Assembly (NCBI GenBank): GCA_049303575.1
Contig: JBAQNH010000001.1
Coordinates: forward strand, 1-51,417
Direction of reading: 5' to 3'
Source of the DNA: Microgenomates group bacterium
GTDB taxonomy: Bacteria; Patescibacteriota; Microgenomatia; UBA1400; MFAQ01
Length of the DNA: 51,417 nt
Below, piece by piece: positions 8,675 to 16,929 of this stretch. Every line of letters begins with the position of its first letter. Within the stretch, counting starts at the first letter, position 1. Both the position numbers and the translations under genes were made by a program. A model generated the notes under the pieces. That model was not told the DNA's origin, ran no database searches, and saw only the letters and a list, made by a program, of their open reading frames with translations.

Positions 8675-9406
8675 TTATAATTCTGTCTTATCGGATGAGT
8701 CCTTAATGGACTTTTCGAGAGTCCCGGTAGAGGCATAAAGACTAATTAAATCCTTTTGAATAGTCTTAAGTTTTTCAACAAATGACGTGGAAATAACGAT
8801 GTTTTGGCCTTTGGAGTTTAGATAGATAACGACGTCGGTGAGAGAGTTGAGAATGGTTGCAAGAGAGGGTTTAGCGGTGGTTGATATCCAGAGGAGGCTA
8901 TCGGTTTCCTCATCCTTTATAGCTTCTTTTAAAAGGGAGATTTTGCCTTCTGACTGGAGGGACTTGAGGTAGCCATCACCAAAAATTATGGCTAAAGGAG
9001 TCATAAGAATGAGGGAGACAAGGTCGACAACCATAATTGAGGATAGGTTGGAAAAGTTTTCCCAGAGAAAGAAGGAGACGAGAAAAAATGAGGCTACTGC
9101 AGCCTGGTAGGGATCAAATAAAAGGGCAATAACAAAGAGAAGAAAAAATAAAACAAAGAAAATAGGAGAGTTAATGCCGCCGGAGGAAAAGATTAGTAGA
9201 AGAACTACTGAAACGAGCACGACGGTTTCCAGTATTAAGGTATTACTATTACCAACTCGAAAAAGATATTTGGAGCCGAAATAGAGCAGTATGAGAGCCC
9301 CGGTAAGTTGAAGATTGTAAGAGCTGAGGAGGGGAGACTGAGTCCAGACAAAAATAAATAAAATAGCTGTAGATAAAATGAGAGTACGCACCAATTTCAT
9401 GGACAT
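8675..9406 (-). CDS. Polytopic membrane protein with a short cytoplasmic helical tail resembling a His-less histidine-kinase DHp segment
   Basis: 243-aa ORF with about 5-6 hydrophobic helices. The tail DSLLWISTTAKPSLATILNSLTDVV resembles the HisKA H-box context (SHELRTPL) with Thr in place of His. No ATPase domain follows. Confidence 0.55.
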   Translation of the reverse strand: MSMKLVRTLILSTAILFIFVWTQSPLLSSYNLQLTGALILLYFGSKYLFRVGNSNTLILETVVLVSVVLLLIFSSGGINSPIFFVLFFLLFVIALLFDPYQAAVASFFLVSFFLWENFSNLSSIMVVDLVSLILMTPLAIIFGDGYLKSLQSEGKISLLKEAIKDEETDSLLWISTTAKPSLATILNSLTDVVIYLNSKGQNIVISTSFVEKLKTIQKDLISLYASTGTLEKSIKDSSDKTEL

Positions 9407-9617
9407 ACTCTAATAATACCAGTAATTTAAGACTCAATAAATTGAACTGGATCCTAATATTACTGCGGAAATAGCAAAAGTAGGTTGCGGAGATTAATGA
9501 TATATATTGTTGCTAAATTAGCAATTAATTGTAAAATCTGCTTATATATTTGTGCCTATGTTTTTAAAATAATTAAATTTAAACCAAATATATTGCTCCA
9601 CGGCCGGATAAAAATAT

Positions 9618-10283
9618 TTGCGGAAATTGATGAAAAAACGGGAGGAAATTTATTTAAAGTGGTATATTTTAATTGTGCAGTCGGTAAATTTAAACAAATT
9701 TCTTAAAAAAACCAGTGGTCTAGATCGGCTTCTGTTTATTATTATCTTAATAGGAGCCATCGTCGCTATTGTGAGCCTTTTTAGAGGTATCTTAATGGAC
9801 GCTCCTGTTCAAGTTGAGTATTTATCCGGCGGTAATTTGGAGAGTAGTGAACTAAATTCTAAAATTTTTGTCGACATAGAAGGGGCTGTAATTAAACAAG
9901 GTGTTTATGAACTTTCGGAGGGATCTAGAATAAAAGATGTTTTAATAATGGCCGGCGGATTTACAGACAAAGCAGACAGAGATTTTAGTGAAAAAAATAT
10001 TAATATGGCCGAGTTATTAAAAGACGGACAGAAGATTTATATTCCGTACACTCAAGATACCGATACCCAGCAGGGGTACTTTGAGGCCAGCGTTGCCAGT
10101 AAAAAGATTAGTATTAATAGTGCTTCTGTTACAGAATTAGATACCCTGTGGGGTATAGGAAGTACTAGGGCAGAATCCATTGTGAAAAATAGACCTTATC
10201 AAAGTATTGATGAACTGGTTACCAAGGGGGTTTTGACTAAGTCACTAGTAGATAGAAATAGAGATCTGTTATCTGTCTACTAA
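9618..10283 (+). CDS. comEA: Competence protein ComEA (membrane anchor, SLBB-like domain, C-terminal helix-hairpin-helix DNA-binding domain)
   Basis: C-terminal motif INSASVTELDTLWGIGSTRAESIVKNRPYQSIDELV. TM LLFIIILIGAIVAIVSLF. Directly precedes comEC. The start is uncertain: TTG 9618 or ATG 9630. Confidence 0.85.
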   Translation: MRKLMKKREEIYLKWYILIVQSVNLNKFLKKTSGLDRLLFIIILIGAIVAIVSLFRGILMDAPVQVEYLSGGNLESSELNSKIFVDIEGAVIKQGVYELSEGSRIKDVLIMAGGFTDKADRDFSEKNINMAELLKDGQKIYIPYTQDTDTQQGYFEASVASKKISINSASVTELDTLWGIGSTRAESIVKNRPYQSIDELVTKGVLTKSLVDRNRDLLSVY

Positions 10284-10284
10284 T

Positions 10285-11400
10285 ATGAAATGGAGACTTG
10301 TTTTTATTTTTTTGATTTTAATATTTCGATTTGCTCTAGGCTTTGCGGAATCGAGTAAATACCAACAGAATTCACGAATTAAAGTTACGGGAAATATAGA
10401 CAATGTATATCAATATAATACGGAATGTATCATTGTTGTAGGAAGATTTTGGATTAATTACCGAAACGAGTGTTCTTTTTCACGACAGGCAAAGGTACAG
10501 ATAATTGGCACAATCGATGGTAAGGTGATAGATAGATTTTTGGGGAGATTGTGGCTTGATAGGGCGAAATTATCAGTTTTGCCGGATAAGTTAAAAAACG
10601 TTCCTTCGACGAGTGCTTTCTCGATAACGATTGAGGCTGTTCGTGAAAATATTGTAAATGTATACAGAAGATTTTTACCTGAGCCTGAGTCAGGCTTGGT
10701 TGCGGGAATTATTTTGGGATACAAAAAAGATATAGGGCGGGAGATGTATGAGCTAATGGTTAAAAGTGGAACAGTACACATCGCCGTGGCTTCAGGATAC
10801 AACATAATGTTAGTTGGCGGTACGGTGCTTTCAGTGTGCTTTTGGTTGATGAAGCGAAAGTGGGCGAGTGTCGTGGCTGTTTTGGCCATGTTATTTTACG
10901 CTTTGGAGGCAGGTGGTGAACCACCGGTAGTTAGAGCAGTGATTATGGCCGGAGTGGTGTTTTGGGCGGCTGTTGTGGGTAGAAAGGCTATTTCTTGGTG
11001 GATATTGCTGGTGACGGGATGGCTAATGATTTTGGTGGAGCCGTTGTTGTTGGTAAGTGTAAGTTTTCAGCTGTCTATGGCGGCCAGCGTGGGTTTGATG
11101 GTAGTGGAGCCAATGATTAGTAGTAGGTTCGGCAATGGCCATGAAAAACTAATGGAGGTGTTGGGAGGATCGGGGTTGCTGACATCCATTTCAACAATGA
11201 TAATGACGGCGCCGATTATTTGGTGGCATTTTGGAAGAATGAGTTTGATTGGTATATTAAGTAATATTTTGATATTACCTTTAGTACCGATTTTGATGAT
11301 TACTGGAGCAGCAATGCAGATACTTCCCGGAGTGTTTTCTTATCCTACTTACGCGATTGCACACTGGATGATAGAAGTGATTCGCTTTTTTGGCATGTAA
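10285..11400 (+). CDS. comEC: ComEC/Rec2 N-terminal part (OB-like domain plus polytopic competence channel domain)
   Basis: 371-aa ORF with many TM helices. Contains ..GLVAGIILGYKKDIGREMYELMVKSGTVHIAVASGYNIMLVGG.., the typical ComEC competence-domain motif. Ends at TAA 11398-11400. Confidence 0.85.
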   Translation: MKWRLVFIFLILIFRFALGFAESSKYQQNSRIKVTGNIDNVYQYNTECIIVVGRFWINYRNECSFSRQAKVQIIGTIDGKVIDRFLGRLWLDRAKLSVLPDKLKNVPSTSAFSITIEAVRENIVNVYRRFLPEPESGLVAGIILGYKKDIGREMYELMVKSGTVHIAVASGYNIMLVGGTVLSVCFWLMKRKWASVVAVLAMLFYALEAGGEPPVVRAVIMAGVVFWAAVVGRKAISWWILLVTGWLMILVEPLLLVSVSFQLSMAASVGLMVVEPMISSRFGNGHEKLMEVLGGSGLLTSISTMIMTAPIIWWHFGRMSLIGILSNILILPLVPILMITGAAMQILPGVFSYPTYAIAHWMIEVIRFFGM

Positions 11401-11408
11401 GATGAAGT

Positions 11409-12185
11409 GTGAACTGGAAAAGAGGAGTAGTGATTGTCTTATTGCTGAGCTTAGTTTGGCTTTGGCAGCAGTGGCCAGATGGGAAGCTGCGGGTAGTTTT
11501 TTGTGATGTGGGACAAGGAGATGCGTCGCTTGTTGTTTGGGGTTCATTCCAGGCATTGATTGATACTGGTCCGAGCGAGCGGAAGCTATTTGCTTGTTTG
11601 GCTAAAGAAATTCCTTTTTGGGATAGACAAATTGACTTGGTATTTATTAGTCACCCTCAGGCGGATCATGACGGAGCGTTAAAGGGGTTGAGAGCTCGAT
11701 ACAAAATTGGAAAGGTAGTAGAGAAAGCGGGTAACAATGATAGATATAGATATAAAGATTTATATTTTGATATATTACTTGGAGGCCAAACCGACAACGG
11801 TGAGGAAAAAGTAAGTGGTAGTGATGAAAATGAAGACTCGATGGTCGTGTCTTTGAGATACTTTGGTTTTTCGGCTTTGTTTACGGCGGATATCGGAGAG
11901 AAGACGGAATTGGCACTGCTCGACACGGGAGTGCTAAAAAAGACAAGTATATTAAAGGTGCCCCATCACGGGTCTAAATTTAGTTCATCGATTTCATTTT
12001 TAGAAAGGTTGAGCCCAAAATTAGCCATAATCTCCGTGGGAGCCGGAAACAGCTATGGTCACCCTAGTGGTGATACTTTGATGCGTTTGGATCAGGTAAA
12101 CGCAAAAGTGCTGAGAACTGATCTCCAGGGTAATGTAGGCGTGATTTATGATGCCGGGGAGATACAAGTTTTCACGGAGAGGTGA
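11409..12185 (+). CDS. comEC: ComEC C-terminal metallo-beta-lactamase domain encoded as a separate ORF
   Basis: Begins GTG 11409, 8 nt after the upstream stop. TM VVIVLLLSLVWLW, then VVFCDVGQGDASLV, ISHPQADHDGAL and LKVPHHGSK (MBL-fold ComEC motifs). Confidence 0.85.
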   Translation: MNWKRGVVIVLLLSLVWLWQQWPDGKLRVVFCDVGQGDASLVVWGSFQALIDTGPSERKLFACLAKEIPFWDRQIDLVFISHPQADHDGALKGLRARYKIGKVVEKAGNNDRYRYKDLYFDILLGGQTDNGEEKVSGSDENEDSMVVSLRYFGFSALFTADIGEKTELALLDTGVLKKTSILKVPHHGSKFSSSISFLERLSPKLAIISVGAGNSYGHPSGDTLMRLDQVNAKVLRTDLQGNVGVIYDAGEIQVFTER

Positions 12186-12425
12186 GCGAGACCTTGATGT
12201 TTGTCAAAATATCTACTACTATGAATATGGATGTTAAGAACATCCTAGTTGGTTAGTTGCCTTGATTGAAAAGTGACTTGTAGACGTACAAGAGTTAACT
12301 CTCAATAGCCCTGATCAGGTTGCAACGGCTAAATAAGTTTTGTTTGCACATTGCAGGTGTTCGTGTTCGCGTAAGGCCACGTTCGTATCTGCTGTTCGTG
12401 ATTGTTGTTTGGTTCGTAAAGAGAC

Positions 12426-12459
12426 AAGGGGCGAGGTTTTTACCAAGCCCCTTTTCTTT
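12426..12459 (+). terminator. Stem-loop plus T-rich tail, about 240 nt downstream of the comEC stop and 35 nt upstream of the peptidase start
   Basis: AAGGGGC..(14-nt loop)..GCCCCTT followed by TTCTTTG. Confidence 0.5.
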
Positions 12460-12493
12460 GTCTATCGAGACGGTTTTGGTCTACAATTGAGCC

Positions 12494-13768
12494 ATGAGAT
12501 TTTCACCAAAAATATATAAACTAGGGAAACTGCGAGTGGTGCTGGTACCGGAGGAGAGAGAGTCAGTGACGGTGCGAGTGATGATTGGTACCGGTTCTCG
12601 TGAAGAAACCGACAGTGAGGCGGGTAGTGCTCATTTTTTGGAACATTTTGTCTTTAAGGGTACGCGAAAATTTCCTCGAATGTTTGATATTAATGAGGCT
12701 GTCGAAAAAGTAGGAGGCGCTTTTAATGCCTATACCGGTCAGAACGAGATGGGTTTTTGGGTAAAGATGGACAAAGGTCATGTGGTCTTGGCTACCGAGA
12801 TTGTGGGGCAGGTAGTGACAGAGCCTGTTTTACCTAAAGAACATTTTAATAAAGAAAGAGGCACAATTCTGGAGGAGCTTCATATGTATGAGGACAGGCC
12901 GAACAGTAAAGCTGCCGAGGAGTGTGAAAAATTGCTGTACGGCAAAACCAATATGGGGAGACCAATTATTGGAACAGTGGAGAGTTTGAAAGCGATGACG
13001 GTTGAAGAATTGCGGAAGTATTTTGAGAAATGGTTTGTAGCCGAAAATATTGTTCTTGGTGTAGTGGGTGAGTATGGATCCGATGAGTCAATGCTGGAGC
13101 TAATTAAGAAAGAGTTTGGCTCGCTCATCGACGATACCAGGACACTTTTAGAGAAAGATAAATTTTCCTGGGATGATCAGAAAAAACCGAGAATAAAGCT
13201 GGTCAGCCGTAAAGTGGAGCAGGCTGCAGTTTATGTGGCATTTAGGGGCATTAAGATGACTGATGAGAGGCGTTTCACCCTGGAACTGTTGAACATTATT
13301 TACGGTGATGGGTGGATGTCCCGTTTGATGCGCGAAGTTCGTGAGGAGAGGGGTTGGGCTTATGCCATAGGTTCCGGAGTGGAAGAATTTTCGGATGCGG
13401 GGAGTGTAATGGTTGGAGCCGGGTTACCAAAGAACAAATTAAATGAGGCAGTGGAACTAATCACCGAGATAAGTGTGGGCTTGGCCGGGGGAAATGTCTG
13501 GGCTGTAAAAGACGAGGAGCTGGTGGTGGCTAAGGATTGTTTCCGTGGCCGCCTGGCATTGGCTTTTGACAAGCCTGAAGAGGTACTTGGTTCGGCACTG
13601 GAAGATACCCTTTTTAGGGAAAAAATATATAGTCCGGAGGAAATAATCGAAAAAATTGAAAGCGTAAGGATGGAGGATGTACGTAGTTTGGCAGCAGAAA
13701 TCTTTAAAAAAGAAAATATGTCGATTGCTGTTGTAGGAGATTATAAGAAACTAGATTTTAAAATTTAA
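12494..13768 (+). CDS. M16-family (insulinase/pitrilysin-like) zinc peptidase
   Basis: 424 aa. Inverted zinc motif HxxEH in GSAHFLEHFVFKGT. Typical two-domain length. Confidence 0.9.
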   Translation: MRFSPKIYKLGKLRVVLVPEERESVTVRVMIGTGSREETDSEAGSAHFLEHFVFKGTRKFPRMFDINEAVEKVGGAFNAYTGQNEMGFWVKMDKGHVVLATEIVGQVVTEPVLPKEHFNKERGTILEELHMYEDRPNSKAAEECEKLLYGKTNMGRPIIGTVESLKAMTVEELRKYFEKWFVAENIVLGVVGEYGSDESMLELIKKEFGSLIDDTRTLLEKDKFSWDDQKKPRIKLVSRKVEQAAVYVAFRGIKMTDERRFTLELLNIIYGDGWMSRLMREVREERGWAYAIGSGVEEFSDAGSVMVGAGLPKNKLNEAVELITEISVGLAGGNVWAVKDEELVVAKDCFRGRLALAFDKPEEVLGSALEDTLFREKIYSPEEIIEKIESVRMEDVRSLAAEIFKKENMSIAVVGDYKKLDFKI

Positions 13769-13776
13769 CAGTAAAA

Positions 13777-13796
13777 AGCCCCGCATGAGCGGGGCT
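13777..13796. terminator. Bidirectional hairpin between convergent genes
   Basis: GCCCCGC-ATGA-GCGGGGC flanked by an A-run and TTAAA. Confidence 0.6.
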
Positions 13797-13807
13797 TAAA
13801 GAGAACC

Positions 13808-14107
13808 TCAAGAGGTTAGTTCGATGGCAAAAGTGAGGGGAAACTTGATGTAAAGAGGTTGGTAAGAATTACCTGAGCGGCGTAGCAGTTCCAGCGGGAG
13901 TGGTTTCCCTAGGCCGTCGAAGATACAGCGTTGACGGATTGGTGTGTCCTTACTTCGACGATTGCTGGTGGTGTGGAGCACACAGCTGGTTTTTAAAACG
14001 GTGTGATCAGGAAGGACAACGGCTGTGACTGCGTACTTGAAAACGGAAGCTTGGTAGGTTTTTCCACTATGTGTGAATTCAACTGTGACGAGCTCTGTGC
14101 TTTTCAA
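13808..14107 (-). CDS. Hypothetical 99-aa protein
   Basis: TTG start with GGAGG 7 nt upstream on the minus strand. I recognise no motif. Confidence 0.55.
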   Translation of the reverse strand: MKSTELVTVEFTHSGKTYQASVFKYAVTAVVLPDHTVLKTSCVLHTTSNRRSKDTPIRQRCIFDGLGKPLPLELLRRSGNSYQPLYIKFPLTFAIELTS

Positions 14108-14181
14108 GGTATACCTCCATTAAGAAAGATATTGGGATTATACACCTGGCTAAAGGTAAAAATATAGATATAATATGAGTT

Positions 14182-14754
14182 GTGGAAGAAAATAACTTTG
14201 TCGGTCCAAGGGATTACAAGAAGCTAGATATTGAGGGAGCGGTTGTAGTCAGATCCAAAAGGTTTGGGTCGGGCATTGATGAATGGATGTATGAGCCTGT
14301 TGATTTTACAGAGCTCACCTATTTTCTAGGTTATCATTTTGATCCTAGGGGTATGCATATGTTCAAAACAGGAAAGGGGGTGATACGCGGTGGCCACCTT
14401 GAGGGAAGGTCAAAATGTCTGACTGTTGTTTCTGGATGCGCGTTTATTGTCTTGGTCGACATGAGATCCGGAAAAAATCAGGGTAAGGTGCAAACCGTTT
14501 ACCTAGGTGATGACGACAGGGCATGGGGCAACACGCTATTTTCTTCAGAAGGGATCTTAATTGCTTCAATTTCCATGACCGATGATTGTATTTCGATGGT
14601 GGTTGCTGATAGACCATACAATAGATTTGACTCCTTACTGACACTTGATATAACCGATCCAGAACTGGGAATAGAGTTTCCAGAAGGGGTAATTTTTCCT
14701 GAGAGTAAAGACAAAAAAACGGTTTCATATAAGGAGTTTATCGAAAGAATTTAA
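14182..14754 (+). CDS. RmlC-like cupin (dTDP-4-dehydrorhamnose 3,5-epimerase fold)
   Basis: VIRGGHLEGRSKCLTVVSGCAFIVLVDMRSGKNQGKVQTVYLG parallels the RmlC core RGLH...KLV.v..G.v.dV.vDlR..S.tfG. Confidence 0.65.
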   Translation: MEENNFVGPRDYKKLDIEGAVVVRSKRFGSGIDEWMYEPVDFTELTYFLGYHFDPRGMHMFKTGKGVIRGGHLEGRSKCLTVVSGCAFIVLVDMRSGKNQGKVQTVYLGDDDRAWGNTLFSSEGILIASISMTDDCISMVVADRPYNRFDSLLTLDITDPELGIEFPEGVIFPESKDKKTVSYKEFIERI

Positions 14755-14755
14755 A

Positions 14756-15790
14756 ATGACAAAAATAATGAATAACGCCTCATATGAAGTTGTAAAACTT
14801 TCCGATAGCGATAGATATTGGTTTAGAAGAGAGTATTGTGACACTCGATATGAGGAAAGCAGGCTGGTTTTAGTGTCTTTGGAGAAGACAGTATTTGGTG
14901 ATACGGATATTTCGGGAGTATTGCCATGGAATATTTGGATTGATGACAGAAGATCGATGCAGTTTTGGAGATTGATCAAAATGAGCATAGACGGTGAGGA
15001 AAAAATGATATTTGAGAGAGTTGTTAAAACAAATAGAGGTGGCAAAAGCGACAATCTGAGTTTGGGGTATGTTCCCAATTGGTTAATCGAGGAGATAAAA
15101 CAGGTGGCATATGAGATGAAAGAACAAAGAATAGCCGAGGAGGGAAGAAAATTCCTGGAGAACTTAGTCGAGAAGATCATTGAAGAGAAGAAACAGCTAA
15201 AAGAGAAGTTGTCTGCTGTGGTGAGTGAAACAAAAATCAACGGATTGTTCCACATTTTGACACAAACAAAAGGAGATGATCGAGGAAGTTTCCGCGAAGT
15301 AGTTCGTTTCCCGGAAATTGAGGTACTTACGGGATATGATTTTGTAGGAAAACAAGTAAATCATTCATTTTCAGTTTATGGAACGTTGCGTGGTTTACAT
15401 GTTGAGCCTTGGGCAAAACTAGTAACCGTAGTTTCCGGATTGGCGGTTAGTTATTTGTTGGATACCAGACCGCAATCGCCAACATTCGGTAAAGTAGAAA
15501 GGTTTTATCTGGGATTTGGAAAGACACCTGATGGCCAGGAGATAACGGGGGGAGCCTTGTTCATTGAGCCGGGAATTGCCAACTCCGTATTAACCTTGTC
15601 TGAAAAAATGAACTACACCTACGTCGTGGATGATCTTTGGACACCGGCGACAGCAACATATGCAGTAAACCCTATGGATCCCAAACTGGCTTTACCGTGG
15701 ACAGAATATGTTCCAGAAAAAGAGATCATTCGGTCGGAAAGAGACATGACCTCACAAATGTTTGATGAGTTTATAAAGAAGGTTTCTTAG
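14756..15790 (+). CDS. RmlC-like cupin with a unique ~170-aa N-terminal extension
   Basis: The C-terminal half GDDRGSFREV..GTLRGLHVEPWAKLVTVVSGLAVSYLLDTRPQSPTFGKVERFYLG matches the RmlC core. The N-terminal half is charged and helical with no motif I recognise. Its start is 2 nt after the upstream stop. Confidence 0.7.
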   Translation: MTKIMNNASYEVVKLSDSDRYWFRREYCDTRYEESRLVLVSLEKTVFGDTDISGVLPWNIWIDDRRSMQFWRLIKMSIDGEEKMIFERVVKTNRGGKSDNLSLGYVPNWLIEEIKQVAYEMKEQRIAEEGRKFLENLVEKIIEEKKQLKEKLSAVVSETKINGLFHILTQTKGDDRGSFREVVRFPEIEVLTGYDFVGKQVNHSFSVYGTLRGLHVEPWAKLVTVVSGLAVSYLLDTRPQSPTFGKVERFYLGFGKTPDGQEITGGALFIEPGIANSVLTLSEKMNYTYVVDDLWTPATATYAVNPMDPKLALPWTEYVPEKEIIRSERDMTSQMFDEFIKKVS

Positions 15791-15938
15791 GACGTTTTTC
15801 CTCTTGGGCTTTGAGGCTTTGACAGATAGGGCAGTACTGTGGTGCTGGGTGATTTTCTTTGAAGTTTCTTTGCTGCTCAAACTCAGAGTAGACAAATGGA
15901 CTATGGCAGTTTTGGCAAGTAAGAACTTTATCAGGCAT
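15771..15938 (-). CDS. Small zinc-ribbon protein (55 aa)
   Basis: MPDKVLTCQNCHSPFVYSEFEQQRNFKENHPAPQYCPICQSLKAQEEKRPKKPSL carries two CxxC pairs. I trimmed the 102-aa track ORF to ATG 15938 because its upstream part overlaps a tRNA. Confidence 0.6.
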   Translation of the reverse strand: MPDKVLTCQNCHSPFVYSEFEQQRNFKENHPAPQYCPICQSLKAQEEKRPKKPSL

Positions 15939-15959
15939 GGTTTTATGATTTACTAATTG

Positions 15960-16030
15960 TGGACCTGGGGGGAATTGAACCCCCATCTTGGCAATGCGAA
16001 TGCCATGTTCTACCGTTGTACTACAGGCCC
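15960..16030 (-). tRNA. tRNA-Ala (anticodon CGC)
   Basis: 71-nt manual cloverleaf. Acceptor GGGCCUG/CAGGUCC with the G3:U70 Ala identity pair. Anticodon stem UGGCA/UGCCA with loop UUCGCAU. T arm GGGGG-UUCAAUU-CCCCC. No encoded CCA. Confidence 0.85.
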
Positions 16031-16092
16031 GATAGATGTATTTTATCAACAATATGTTCGATTTTAATTTGTCATTCACATAGAGTAGTTCT

Positions 16093-16803
16093 GTGGTACA
16101 GTTAATTATGAATGATTATTCTGCGAAGGATATTAAAAAGGCCAAAGAACTGCGTCTTAACGGGAGAACGTATGGTGAGATAAGCAGGGAGTTAAATAAA
16201 ATTATTCCAAAGAGTACTTTTTCCTATTGGTTCAGGGGTTTAGTTCTTTCTTCTGACGTTCAAGAAAAGTTGTCGGAAAATATCGCAGAAAAACTAAACA
16301 TTGCTCGAATAAAAGCCGTAAAAGTAAACAAAGAAAAACGAAGTGTGTTTCTAAAATCTCTTGACCAAGAAAATGAACCTGTTAGTAGAAAACTGAAAGA
16401 ATTAGATACGGCCAAAATTGCACTTTCTATGTTATGTTTGGGTGAAGCATCAAAATATGGAAGTGGTGCAGCATTTTATTTAGGTAGTTCAAACCCTAAA
16501 ATAATCATTCTTTTTGTAAAATTATTAAAACGCTGTTTTCCAATAGATTTTTCAAAGTTTAGATTTACGGTTCAGTGCCGTGCTGATCAAGATGTTGAAG
16601 AACTGGAAAGATATTGGAGGAAAGTAGTTGGGGTAGCTGGTGGACAGTTTTACAAAACTAGAATTGACCCAAGATCTTCAGGAAAACCAACTGAAAAGGT
16701 TGATTACAAAGGAGTTTTGCGTGTTGATTATTTGGATACAAAAGTTCAGTTGGAGCTGGAATCTCTAGCTAATTTGCTTTATAATCAAGCAGTTAGTTTA
16801 TAA
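16093..16803 (+). CDS. HTH-domain protein of unknown function wedged between two tRNA-Ala genes (possible degenerate homing-endonuclease-like protein)
   Basis: 236 aa. N-terminal resolvase-like HTH AKELRLNGRTYGEISRELNKIIPKSTFSYWFRG. Mid-section ALSMLCLGEASKYG is faintly LAGLIDADG-like. Its TAA stop (16801-16803) abuts the tRNA 5' end at 16804. Confidence 0.65.
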   Translation: MVQLIMNDYSAKDIKKAKELRLNGRTYGEISRELNKIIPKSTFSYWFRGLVLSSDVQEKLSENIAEKLNIARIKAVKVNKEKRSVFLKSLDQENEPVSRKLKELDTAKIALSMLCLGEASKYGSGAAFYLGSSNPKIIILFVKLLKRCFPIDFSKFRFTVQCRADQDVEELERYWRKVVGVAGGQFYKTRIDPRSSGKPTEKVDYKGVLRVDYLDTKVQLELESLANLLYNQAVSL

Positions 16804-16876
16804 GGGCCCTTAGCTCACCTGGTAGAGCGCTACTATGGCATAGTAGAGGTAGTCGGTTCGAGTCCGATAGGGTCCA
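16804..16876 (+). tRNA. tRNA-Ala (anticodon GGC)
   Basis: 73-nt cloverleaf. GGGCCCU/AGGGUCC with G3:U70. D arm GCUC-ACCUGGUA-GAGC. Anticodon stem CUACU/AGUAG with loop AUGGCAU. T arm GUCGG-UUCGAGU-CCGAU. No CCA. Confidence 0.9.
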
Positions 16877-16880
16877 CAAA

Positions 16881-16906
16881 ATAATACCGCCAACGGGCGG
16901 TATTAT
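16881..16906. terminator. Bidirectional hairpin after tRNA-Ala
   Basis: ATAATACCGCC-AACG-GGCGGTATTAT. Confidence 0.6.
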
Positions 16907-16929
16907 GTTATTAATCCTAAATTACTATA

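Noticed and set aside
15939-16079. N-terminal 47 codons of the 102-aa track ORF (15771-16079)
   Set aside because: This part runs through tRNA-Ala(CGC). The zinc-ribbon protein is better started at ATG 15938.
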